Source: Podarcis liolepis
Taxonomy: Eukaryota
NCBI GenBank assembly: GCA_965112155.1
Contig: OZ218101.1
Reading direction: 5' to 3' (one strand)
DNA: 64,000 nucleotides
Position numbers and translations under genes: made by a program. Under the pieces are notes generated by a model. That model worked only from the letters and a program-made list of their open reading frames with translations, was not told the DNA's origin and did no database searches. Position 1 is the stretch's first letter, and each line of letters opens with the position of its first letter. Below are positions 1-10,288 of this stretch, one piece after another.

Positions 1-626
1 CCGCAAAACTGATGTATTAATAGAGGGGCCACAATACCCACTTGTTATGAGCTGGTTGTGCTTACTGTAGGCCACTAGAATATGTGAAAAGCTGGCACAA
101 CCCTGTAAAAAGCTTTCAGTAAAGTAAATGGTCAAGGGTTGGTGTTAGGTTGATAGTCACAAGTTGTCTAGCTGTTCCTGGCCAACTTGCTATGCTTAGG
201 TTGCAGTTTGCACAATTGCAACCAAAGCATATGTTGGTTGGGCCATTCGGGCTTTGATCCACAAATTACTTCATGGAGGGCATGTTCACATTTAAGCTTA
301 CTAAGCAGAAAGTAGGTCATTGGTTTTTAGTAGAACTTAATTTAATGTATCAAGGACCAGGAGATGAGAATGTTGACGATACATGTGGAATCTATAAGCT
401 GCATTTCCCCCCTGAGTGACCGAGCTGATGCATATTTAAGAAACACCCCTCACAAATGAAGCGGTCGTGTTGAATTTGTAACAATATTTTTGTTGGCAAG
501 AGGACACTCTAAATACAAGTTACAAAATGATGGAAAATCAAGAGGAACTTGGCTGACCTTCACACCCAGATAGAGTCTGGGTTTGTCTGCTGCCGTTGGT
601 TAAAGTATGACACTTTCCCTACATAG

Positions 627-707
627 ATGGTGTTGGCTACGTAGAAGATGGCAGGGAGATTTTCGATGAAGAGTTGGAAGATGATGCTCTTGATTCCAGC
701 AAGAAAA
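627..707 (+). CDS. POLA1: POLA1 exon 4 (first exon in window)
   Basis: acatag|ATGGT...AAGAAAA|gtgagt; 81 nt; encodes [27 protein letters not shown], matching the Pol alpha N-terminal region. Confidence 0.95.
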
Positions 708-879
708 GTGAGTGAACTTTTTTTTTAGCAGCTTTCCTGAGAGGGAGTTAATTAAAATTAGACTGAAGAATAGACATAGCAACTCATTGAAAGGGTACAC
801 ATTTTTATATCGCTGAAGGACAAAGTGGAGTTTCCCTGGCGTTGCTAGGAGCGTTCAGGCTTTGGATGATGTCTTAAAC

Positions 880-1017
880 CAGCCGTTCTCAACCTGTGGG
901 TCCCCAGATGCTGTTGGACTACAACTCCCATCATCCCTGAGCTCTGGCCTTGCTAGCTGGGGGTGATGGGAGTTGTAGTTCAACAACATCTGGGGACCCA
1001 CAGGTTGAGAAAGGCTG
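880..1017. mobile_element. Fold-back hAT-type MITE
   Basis: Long terminal inverted repeats CAGCCGTTCTCAACCTGTGGG.../...CCCACAGGTTGAGAAAGGCTG, 8-bp TSD TCTTAAAC/CCTTAAAC; related decayed copies near 10763-10875, 47240-47338 and 58165-58301. Confidence 0.8.
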
Positions 1018-1369
1018 CCTTAAACGGATGTTATTCTGAAACAGTAGTGGACATTTCCAATTGCCTCTTTGAGGCCATGTCAAGAAGGACAGAGTAGAGA
1101 GCATATGCATTATATTGCTCTTATCTGTAATAAATACTTACTGGTGTTTTGCTTTTAGTGTTTGAATGTGTCAAATGCCAGGTCAGGTAACTGCGTCCTT
1201 TTTCTGCTTCAGGAAGCAATTCCACTGCGTTGCTGTACAAATAAATCATTTAATCAATAAGCGTTCATATTTTTAGAGTAGCAATAGAAAGTTAAGTTGA
1301 AAGGGGGGGGGGAAGTAATTTCAAGAAAATGCTCTGAGAAGTGGCAACTGAAACATTAACAGACCTTTT

Positions 1370-1760
1370 GATTATTTTATAGAAATTATACACTGCTTTA
1401 TTGTAAAAAAACCCACACACCTCAATATGGTTTACAAAAAGATAAGACAAGAAAATCAAGAAAAAAATATGACTCTACAAGATGCAGTAGTTAAAATGCA
1501 AAAATGGATTAAAATTACCTCAACTTTCTAAGCATCTGCATAGGCTTGTCGTAAGCAGGAATGTTTTTAGCAGGCCCTGAAAAGGGTAAAGTGAAGGTGC
1601 TTGCTTGATCTCAATAGGCAGAGAGTTCTAAAGTGCAGGTCATGCCTCATTAAGTGTCCAGGTTCTTACAAATGTGGAATAGGTGTTATGTGGCCCTGGA
1701 GTAGGGCTACTTATACCCATCAAAGTGGTCAAATGGGCACGTGTAAGGTAAGGCTATTAT
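1370..1760 (-). mobile_element. Degraded L2-like LINE 3' fragment
   Basis: Recognised by eye from similarity to the other L2-like ends in the window (18010-18435, 24250-24830); boundaries approximate. Confidence 0.5.
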
Positions 1761-2840
1761 AAGTTAACATTTTTTAAAATAGTGATTTTCATTTCCAAAC
1801 TAGAAATAACAAAATGAGAATAGTTACACTGTATAGTTACTAACAGAAGTTAATGTGTGCAACATTCCCACCCCCCTCTTACGTGTAGGTAAGATCAATT
1901 TCAAAAGAATAGTTGGGCTGATTTTGTGACAGTTTAACAGCCATTTAAATAACTGAAGTGTGGTTTCACTCTGTCCTCATCAAGTTTCAAGTAAACTGAT
2001 GAATAATTCTATTTCATCATGACTTTATTATCAACATGTGCCAGGTGGTTTCCTTTGTATAATTCCAATAATTTGACACATTCTTTATTTTTCTTAGGCT
2101 GAGCTGAATATTAAAAGGAGCTAAATTTTCAGCATTAAAAACCCCCACAGGTTTTCAGGTTGAAGTGAGGAATCTTTCTTTTTTTAAAAAAACCACGTAC
2201 CTCTAACAGATTACCTTTTACTTGCTGATTTACTGCTGTTTGTTTTTCCAAACAATTGCATAGCCCTGTAAATTGGGAAAGGGGGCAAGTATACTAGGTA
2301 TTCTATAGTAAGGTATTTGCAGTGGATTCAACAGGCAACTATGGCAGCTGTTTTAAAACCAGTCTATGTGAAGTCTGCTCAATGTACGGATTGTTTGTGT
2401 AACAGTTTACAACATAATCTTTAGTGTGCTACTGCGAGACATCCCTCTTTATACGCCTGGTGGTTTCATACAGGGTACATATAAAGCTGCATATAAACTG
2501 CTGCCCATATAGAGCTATCTCCAGGTGGTCTGATCTTTGCTTAGTTATGTAAGACCTCCAGGGCTGCAATTCTGTGCCCACTTACCTTGGAGTAAGCCCT
2601 CTTGAACTCTGTTGGCCTCGTTTCTGAGTAGACAAGCACAAGATTGCACTGTACATCAGTTTTCAAGCAAACTTGCAGTGTAACTTGCAAGTGACTTGCA
2701 TGCAGCTGCTTGGTCCCTTATGGTTCATTTCTAATAATGGATGATTCAATCTTGAATATTGATCTGCAGTTGTCATTACTAATAGATTGTGACTTATCAG
2801 TAGGATTGTGATATTTAAAGGTACTGTATTAATCTGCTAG

Positions 2841-2956
2841 GAAGAAGAGACACAACTTCTGCAAATGACAAGAAAAATGTGAAGAAGCCTCTGGTATCAA
2901 AACCAAACACTATAAAATCTATGTTTATGGCCAGCACTGGAAAGAAAAGTACCGAC
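2841..2956 (+). CDS. POLA1: POLA1 exon 5
   Basis: ctgctag|GAAGA...ACCGAC|gtaagt; 116 nt; ...[30 protein letters not shown]. Confidence 0.93.
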
Positions 2957-3158
2957 GTAAGTTATATTTTAAGCAAAAAATATGTCTGCTGAATTTAGAC
3001 AAATAAAAATATATATGCCCTCAGATCTGTTGCTCTGTTTGTGTTTTGAAAAAAGCTGCCGTAGAAGGGCAGCACATGATTGCTTAGCTTTCGTTGTAAG
3101 TGTTGATCCTGTTTTTTCCAATGAGCAGTTTACTTAGCACATGTATCTCCTTTCACAG

Positions 3159-3221
3159 AAGGCTGTTGACCTGTCTAAGGATGATTTGCTAGGAGACATT
3201 TTGCAAGATCTAAATGCTGAG
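3159..3221 (+). CDS. POLA1: POLA1 exon 6
   Basis: tttcacag|AAG...GAG|gtagga; 63 nt; KAVDLSKDDLLGDILQDLNAE (Ctf4/AND-1 interaction-type motif region). Confidence 0.95.
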
Positions 3222-3318
3222 GTAGGAATTCATGTGTGTTCTGGGTGTGGTAGAGGAGCAAGGTGTAGAGTTTATGTTTTTAAAATGCTTGGAAGAGAAC
3301 GAAATATAAACTGGATTA

Positions 3319-3805
3319 GGGACTGCTATCATATAGTCCATGTAAAGGCATACTAGGGGCCAAAGGATATTGTAGACTTCTCTCTTCACAGACAGAAAAT
3401 GAGATCTGGTACTGGGGGTGTTTGTTGCAACCACATAAGGCTCCACATTTGTCCCTCCTTCACTGTTGGTGCTCCAGTGATATGGAGAGAAATGGGGCAT
3501 GCCGGAGCATATTGAGAGTGGCTTTGGAACCTGTTTCCCCACCCATGTGTTAAGTGAGATAACAGACACCAGTCCTATCATGCCTGATTCCCTGCAACTA
3601 CTCCCCCTTCCCCTGGCCAATGTGAGGCTCCCATGGCTTTGGATTTGGTGGTTCCTGTGCCAGATTCTGTCTTCTCACTGCTCATGTTGCTTTGCTCTGG
3701 ATAGGCAACCTGATAATACTTTAGTACCTGAAAGCAAGTCGTATTTGACCCAAAGTTAGTAAGGACCCAGTGGAATGTGGTTGCCTGTTGCAAACTGTGA
3801 GAGGA
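3319..3805 (+). other. Predicted multibranch structured RNA domain, intron 6
   Basis: Hand-identified nested helices; see findings. Confidence 0.6.
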
Positions 3806-3829
3806 TGGTAGGGCAAGGATACAAACATA

Positions 3830-4243
3830 CCGTCTTTTCCCGTGTATAAGACACCCCCATGTATAAGACGACCCATATTTTTTAAAACCCAAAATTGAGA
3901 AATTAAGTTGTTTAGCTTTTTTGGGGGGGGGAGTCACTTCTGCCAATCACTCACCGCTCACTGCTACCAACAGCCCACCCGCCCACTTGCTGCAGCTGCC
4001 ATTCGCCTGCCCGCCTCGCTACAGCTGCCAGTCGCCTGCTCAATTGCCGCAGCCACAGCCAATCGCCAGCAGGCCTTGCCGCAACCACCAATCACCCGCC
4101 CAATCACCGCTGCCAATCTCCTGCTTGCTGCTGCCATTAATCACACGTCCCCCTTCTGCATTCACTATTTGTGTATAAGACGACACCCATTTTTTGCCTA
4201 ATTTTTTAGCAAAAAGCATTGTCTTATACATGGAAAAATACAA
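3830..4243. mobile_element. Tc1/mariner-type non-autonomous element with GC-rich low-complexity core
   Basis: TA-flanked TIRs CCGTCTTTTCCCGTGTATAAGAC / GTCTTATACATGGAAAAATACAA; internal repeated GTGTATAAGAC; explains ORFs at 3908-4243. Confidence 0.75.
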
Positions 4244-4421
4244 TAATAATTAAAATCCTGTACCAGGGTTGCCCTTTCTTCAAGGAACTGGTGACTGTTT
4301 GGTGTGGGGAAGGGATATAAGGGGTGTGTGCATTTTTATGCGGAACATAGCAAACTCTTATCTTTCTTTTGTAAGTTCTGCTACAGCAGTGACTGATGCC
4401 TAATGTTTTTCTCCTTTGTAG

Positions 4422-4520
4422 CCAGTTCCTTTAGCACCACCACCGGTTGTAGTTCTAAAAAAAAAGAGGCTTTTTGGAACACCGTTGAATCCCTTTTCTG
4501 TGCAATCTCAAGTGTCCAAG
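4422..4520 (+). CDS. POLA1: POLA1 exon 7
   Basis: tttgtag|CCA...AAG|gtaata; 99 nt; PVPLAPPPVVVLKKKRLFGTPLNPFSVQSQVSK. Confidence 0.92.
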
Positions 4521-4717
4521 GTAATATTCCAAAATGGAAATGTTAATCATAAGATTTCTGAGACGTTTATGTGTGTGTTGCTTTAGAACTTCCATATGCT
4601 TCTTGATATTTTAAAATCTTAGTTTGATTTGTTGCTGTGCGAACGAACATAAAATCAAAGCTAGCAAAATCAGTATAGTTAATATCAGCTGGGAAAAATG
4701 CATTTGGCTATCAGTTG

Positions 4718-5148
4718 TAGGGTGGCTTTGTACCCCAAATCTACTTAAATAAACTTAATGTTTCAACTTGCATTCTTTGGAGAGGATATAGTAGTAGAGC
4801 ACAGTGTTTGAAAGGCCTTGCCTACATCTAGCCTTTTTGAAAATAGGTGTGGGGGTTCCTATTTGAAATACAGATTCTGTGAAGGGCATTGGCTGGAATG
4901 AAACTTATGCTTCCCTTCTTCCTCTGGGATGTCTGGGAGAAGAACTTCCCTTTTCACCCAGCCCAGTGATGGAAACTGCATCCTCCCTGCCTATCCTGAT
5001 CATCTGATGAGCGGGGCGGGGAGGATATTTTTTTCTTCCGTGGTGGTGCTGCTGCCACTGGAGGGAAATTGTAATGAGCGACTGGCAGGCTACTGTTGAA
5101 GGCTTGCTAGTCCAGCTGAAGTCCCCAGGCCAGGGGTTTGCCACCCTA
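4718..5148 (+). other. Predicted multibranch structured RNA domain, intron 7
   Basis: Hand-identified nested helices of 9-15 bp; see findings. Confidence 0.7.
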
Positions 5149-5183
5149 ATCTGATTTTTAATTAAAATTACTTGTGCTTATAG

Positions 5184-5379
5184 AGAACGTCTTCTGAGGT
5201 GAGAAAACCTGTCACGTCTGTCAAAAAAGAAGTTTCTTCACCAAATTCATCTCATTCTAAGAATTCAGTCTACACAGCTAGATCAGATGTAGTCGAAGAG
5301 AGAAGTGAACCTGAAAATGGAATGCAAATGGTTGAAAATGGAGAACGGACAAAAGCTAAACAAGAGGAACCTACTATAG
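5184..5379 (+). CDS. POLA1: POLA1 exon 8 (low-complexity, divergent)
   Basis: cttatag|AGA...ATAG|gtaata; 196 nt, open frame, phase 0 to 1 compatible with neighbours; RTSSEVRKPVTSVKKEVSSP...EEPTI. Confidence 0.8.
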
Positions 5380-5624
5380 GTAATAGTTATATTTTGGTAA
5401 TAGTGCTCATCGTCTTGTATTTTCAATGATATTCACCTCTGTGATTGATAGTTTATTTGATGATGTTTGACTTTATTTTATATTGTATTTGTACATATAA
5501 ATGTTCTTATAGAAACCTTATTGAAATCGCTGTGTGAAAAGAATAACTGCCAAAATAATTTAAATAAATAAAATCATTGAAATATAGTACATTGAGTCTT
5601 AAAGTCTCTGCATAATGCTTACAG

Positions 5625-5787
5625 AAGATGAACAGGCTATAATGGATTTTGATGACGGGGACTTTGATGAATCTATGGAGGAAGGTGCAGTTGTAGAAGA
5701 ATCTGTCACAATCCTGAAGGAAGAGGTGAAAACAGAAGATAGACAAATACAGCAAGTGGACTCTGTGAAAACAGGCTCATATTTCTT
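5625..5787 (+). CDS. POLA1: POLA1 exon 9
   Basis: cttacag|AAGAT...TTCTT|gtaagc; 163 nt; EDEQAIMDFDDGDFDESMEE...; the upstream AG at 5511-5512 gives an in-frame stop and was rejected. Confidence 0.88.
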
Positions 5788-6056
5788 GTAAGCACTTAAA
5801 AAAATCCTTAGGGACTTTTTGTTCTGGTTTCCACTTTTAACTTTCTTCTAAGTTCACTAACAGTATGAAAAGCTTCTCAAGGCTTCATAGAGATGGAGAA
5901 ATGTTCTCAGAAGATGTTGGTTGACTTGCAGTAATAAACTTAAGAATATCAAAAGCTTTTCTTCAATGTTCTTCTGAAGAAAAGATGACCCTTTAAAATA
6001 CTCATTTCACATGTAAAGCTATGCCTTTTTTTTCTTCCTCATGTATTGTATTTCAG

Positions 6057-6235
6057 AAACTCTGGCATCCCTGATGTTTCTTGTTGGGACAGAATTGATG
6101 AAGAAGAAGATGGGCAGCTAGCTTCCGAAATTCAAGTGGATTCCAGTCAGTTGCCCTTAATAAAAGGAGAAGATGGGGAGCAGATCTTCAGGTTCTATTG
6201 GCTAGATGCTTATGAAGATCAGTATAATCAACCAG
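6057..6235 (+). CDS. POLA1: POLA1 exon 10
   Basis: tttcag|AAAC...CCAG|gtatgc; 179 nt; [11 protein letters not shown]...[16 protein letters not shown]. Confidence 0.96.
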
Positions 6236-6244
6236 GTATGCATA

Positions 6245-6485
6245 CAGTGGTACCTCGGTTTAAGAACAACCCTGTTTATGAACTATTCGGTATACGAACT
6301 CTGCAAAACCGGAAGTAGTGTTCCGGTTAGCGAACTTTACCTCGATCTACGAATGGAAACCAAACAGTGGAAGGGCACTGGTGGCGGGAGGCCTCATTAG
6401 GGAAAGCGCTTCTCGGTTTAAGAACAGCTTTGGTTTAAGAACGGACTTCTAGAACGGATTTAGTTCGAAAACCGAGATACCACTG
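6245..6485. mobile_element. Tc1/mariner MITE
   Basis: TA|CAGTGGTACCTCGGTTT ... AAACCGAGATACCACTG|TA; only 9 nt downstream of the end of exon 10. Confidence 0.85.
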
Positions 6486-6688
6486 TACATAAGAAAATTC
6501 CTCTTTACTCTCCCTGCCTTCTTTTGACCAAAGTTATAAAGGACCATTTTTCAAAAGGGGCTTACTGTCCACTAGTTTCCTTGAAGCTGAATGTCTGTTA
6601 TGTCTGAACGTCAAGAAAAACATCTGCTTTGATACTGACTAGGCATAAACCTAGAACTATATATTAGTATCTTCAGGTTTCAAAAGGC

Positions 6689-7310
6689 TGGCTGAGGCCT
6701 CAGTGCTGCAATGTGTTGGAAGACGTTGATTTGCAGTGGAGGGGAGGTGCTTTAACCCTTCAGCCATTTTCCCTGTGCAGCTTTCCCACACATGGTTATG
6801 ACTATCTTCCAAAGGGCATAAAAGCTAAATGCCATTGCTTGTTTTTAATGGGCTGGATCAGTACTTTTTTCTCCTTGTCTCAGAGGAGCTCTATATCCAG
6901 GAGAAGCTCCTGCTGGAGGGAAGGGGTGGCAGAGGGTGGCACAACAGACTGTGGGGTGAAGGAGGTGATTGGTCAAAATTGCCAGGGGGACAGTCCCCTG
7001 GGTGGAATTTTACCCATTGATAATCTGGATAGAGCCTAGTAATAAGTAGCCCGATAGCAGCTTGCCCAGTGGGGTAGAGCTGCAGCAATAGCCTCATGGC
7101 AGCAGACTCACTGCAGTTTACTGGAAGGGGTGAGACGGTGGAGGGATCGGGGCTGTGGGGCCATGTGGGTGATGCTGGCTTGCCACCTCTTTGCTCATAC
7201 CAGTAAACAGCAGTGATCCCACTGCCAAGTGGCTCCAACCCAGCCATCAAACGGCTCCTTCCCCTGCTCCAGACACACACAGAAGTCCCTGGTAAAGGCT
7301 CCCTTTTATC
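6689..7310 (+). other. Predicted multibranch structured RNA domain, intron 10
   Basis: Hand-identified nested helices; see findings. Confidence 0.6.
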
Positions 7311-9042
7311 AGAAGTATTTTTTCCCTTTAATTTCTAGGGCTTTACCATAATGTACCTTAATTTGTATGCACATCAGATTCAGGAAGGAGTAAAATGAAG
7401 GTTAATGGCTACAGCTTGTTCAGCTCCCCCTCCCAGACGAACATTCATTTAGATCTTGGGCAGGGGATTAAACGCTGAATATACCCAATATTTTTGTGAA
7501 AGTAGCTAATGATCGCTGAAGTTTGGGTGAAACTGGGGACTAATGGGAAGGGGGCAATCCTATCCCTAAAAACTCTTGTTTAGTGTTTTTACTTTTATCT
7601 TGGATTCTGCACGGTGGCTTCTGAATGGTGTATAATTATGAAAAGACTTGTTCCTTGATTATGAAAAGAGATCCTGTCGTCATAACTTTTCAAGGATGAA
7701 TAATAAAGACTGCACCTGGTTTCAATTAGTAACGTAGAGGAAAATAAATTTTGGCATTACTTTTTGTTTAAAAGAATCATAATCATTATAGCAAATGAGG
7801 TATTAACTGTATTATGTGAAGGATTCATATTATACCAGGACGAATAAGAATTTCACACAGTCCCTGCACACCCACCCCATAATGGATAGAGGGTAAGACT
7901 GCAAATGGCTTAATTTCTTGATTTCATATATCTGATATAAATCACATTAACATCAGCTAGTGGAGATATAGTTTTTGTAACTGCCCTTGCCTTTACTCAT
8001 TTTTGTTGTGTGGTAGGAATGTTTAGTATTCTATGGGAAGAGGGTATGGTGATGCAGCAGAAACTCTTCTGAGCTGTTCACAAGTATTTGCATTTCAGTA
8101 TTTGTAGCTGCAAGTTGTGAATGCTTGTTTTTATGTATAATAACCGTTGAGACACTTTGCCGTTGAGACACTTTGGACCATTAGTTCTTTGAATGTCATT
8201 TTTGCCATCACAAGCTTGCTTTTTTCAGTCATCCTATGATATAATTCACATGCCCCTAGTCCTTTGAATGCGATAGCCATCCTCAAAATGGATTTTCAAA
8301 CATTTTGGGTAGTTCGCTGCACTTGTACTGACCTGCGGTTGAATGAAGATTGAAATGGGGAGACCAGGATCCACGTTGATTTCATGTAAAACGACATGTG
8401 ATGTGAATGTACTCACAATATTACCAAGTTATCCCAGACATTTAATGACATATATCTTCAATACCTATATCTCCTTTGCCTGTATATTGAAGTGTTTTAT
8501 AGTGACAAATTTAAGTTCGCTGATTTCAGTGGGTCTGCTCTGCATATGGCATGGTCATATACAATCCAGGAAAATGTATAACCTGCTGCTTCCCCCCTCC
8601 AGCAGAAATAATCAAAGTGGCTTGCAAAATAAAATAAGCAAAATACAATAATGAAAGAAAATAAAAATATAATATCCAAGCACTAAAACCAACATTAAAA
8701 ATGAGGAGTACTGTACTAGGAAATAAGGAGGGGGCAAGTAACAGAAGGTATGGGGAGGCGTAGTTTCAAGTTTCTTTTTGAAACAAGGTGGCATTTAATA
8801 CCTTGCATGCCATCGTGATGTGTGCCTGCATAGTACAAGACTCTTAAAGCAATCACTTGACTGTGGAGTACTGACTTTCAGCAGATGGAGCTGTCAATTA
8901 GGGACTACAAATTGGAAATCATTCTGCTCCCATGGGTGAATTAGTGTGTTTATTCAGTAATTCTTAGTATTGCAGCTTTTCCATTAGCAGCTGTGCTAAG
9001 CTGTTTTGATTAACGTGCATTGTCTTTACCTTTTCATTTTAG

Positions 9043-9155
9043 GAGTGGTATTTCTCTTTGGTAAAGTGTGGATTGAATCGGCACAGTCCTATGTGAGCTG
9101 TTGTGTGACAGTAAAAAATATTGAGAGAACTATTTACCTACTCCCACGTGAGTCG
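9043..9155 (+). CDS. POLA1: POLA1 exon 11
   Basis: ttttag|GAGTG...GAGTCG|gtacgt; 113 nt; [38 protein letters not shown]. Confidence 0.95.
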
Positions 9156-10168
9156 GTACGTCCTTTTATGCTGGAGACTTCTCTGTCATAAATTGTCTGT
9201 TTATGGAAAGTTATTCAGGCAAAATGCATTATTAGAAATTTATGGAATACTAGTGGCAGGTCCCTGGTGTTGCCTTGGAATTTTTAGAAACCAACAAATA
9301 CTGTGATTTTTTTAATGGATAGTGTGATGGGTTAGGGTTACGTCATGCCAAAGTCATGTTTTGGTCTACCATCTTGAATCAAAGGGGCATCCAGCATCCA
9401 AACATCAACAAAGACCACTGCCTCACCTTGGGAGCTCTCAAGCCAAGTTTGTTGATGATCTCTTGAGAGATGGTTGAACTTGTGCCCTGAAAAGGGAGAA
9501 GTCATGCCAAAGTGACATATTGGTTAGCCATCTTGATTCAAAATGGTGGTCAATGGCCCAACACCAACATAAACCACCCCTGCCCCTATTTCAGAAAGCC
9601 TTGTGCTGAGTTTGGCAACAATACCCCAAGGTGTGTCCAAATGCATAGAGGACGAACAAATGGAGAAATCATTTTCTGGAATATATAGTAGAAGGTATGA
9701 ATACCTTTATGTAACATGGGTTGTAATCAGAGATAAGGAAGAGAGTATTTATTAAATGACTTCAGGCAATATTATACAACAAACCAATGAAACTAATAAT
9801 ATTAAATGGGAAGGGGGTTGGTAGTAAAGAGATTTATGTCCCAAGTCACTCTGATTACATGCTTTGGTGCCCAATCTTTACAGTCTATAAGTTTCTAGAA
9901 AACCTAAGTTGTGCCACCTCGTTGACTTCAAAATCCATCTCTGCTGTGAAGCCATTGGCTTAGGTTTAATTCCTTACTCTGTAACCCCAACTAAAAAGAA
10001 GCCAGTGTGTGTGAAACTGTTTTGCTCGCATTTATCCCTTGTTACCCCTCTCTCCTTCCTTTGCCTCCATTTCTTTGGATAGGTACTATCTCTGGCTTAG
10101 CCTGTAATTGCTGTATAAATGTTAACCAAGAACAACATATAGCAAATACCAGTTTTTAATCTTTGCAG

Positions 10169-10288
10169 AAGCGAATTAAGTTATCTTCTGGTGAAGAGAC
10201 AGAGAATCCTGTGACTATGATGGATGTTTATCAAGAATTTAATGACAGGATTGCAGAAAAACACAAGATCATGAAGTTCAAGTCCAAG
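10169..10288 (+). CDS. POLA1: POLA1 exon 12
   Basis: ctttgcag|AAG...AAG|gttggt; 120 nt (117 if the downstream AAG of the NAGNAG acceptor is used); ...MDVYQEFNDRIAEKHKIMKFKSK. Confidence 0.94.

Noticed and set aside
3908-4243. Overlapping Pro/Ala-rich ORFs
   Set aside because: Low-complexity interior of a TA-flanked DNA transposon.
5000-5077. Hammerhead-like arrangement TCAT-CTGATGA...GAAA-TTG-TA-ATGA in intron 7
   Set aside because: Stem II cannot close (G opposite G next to the core) and the intervening sequence is committed to stronger helices.
5513-5624. Alternative upstream acceptor for exon 9
   Set aside because: Introduces an in-frame TAA before the conserved coding sequence.
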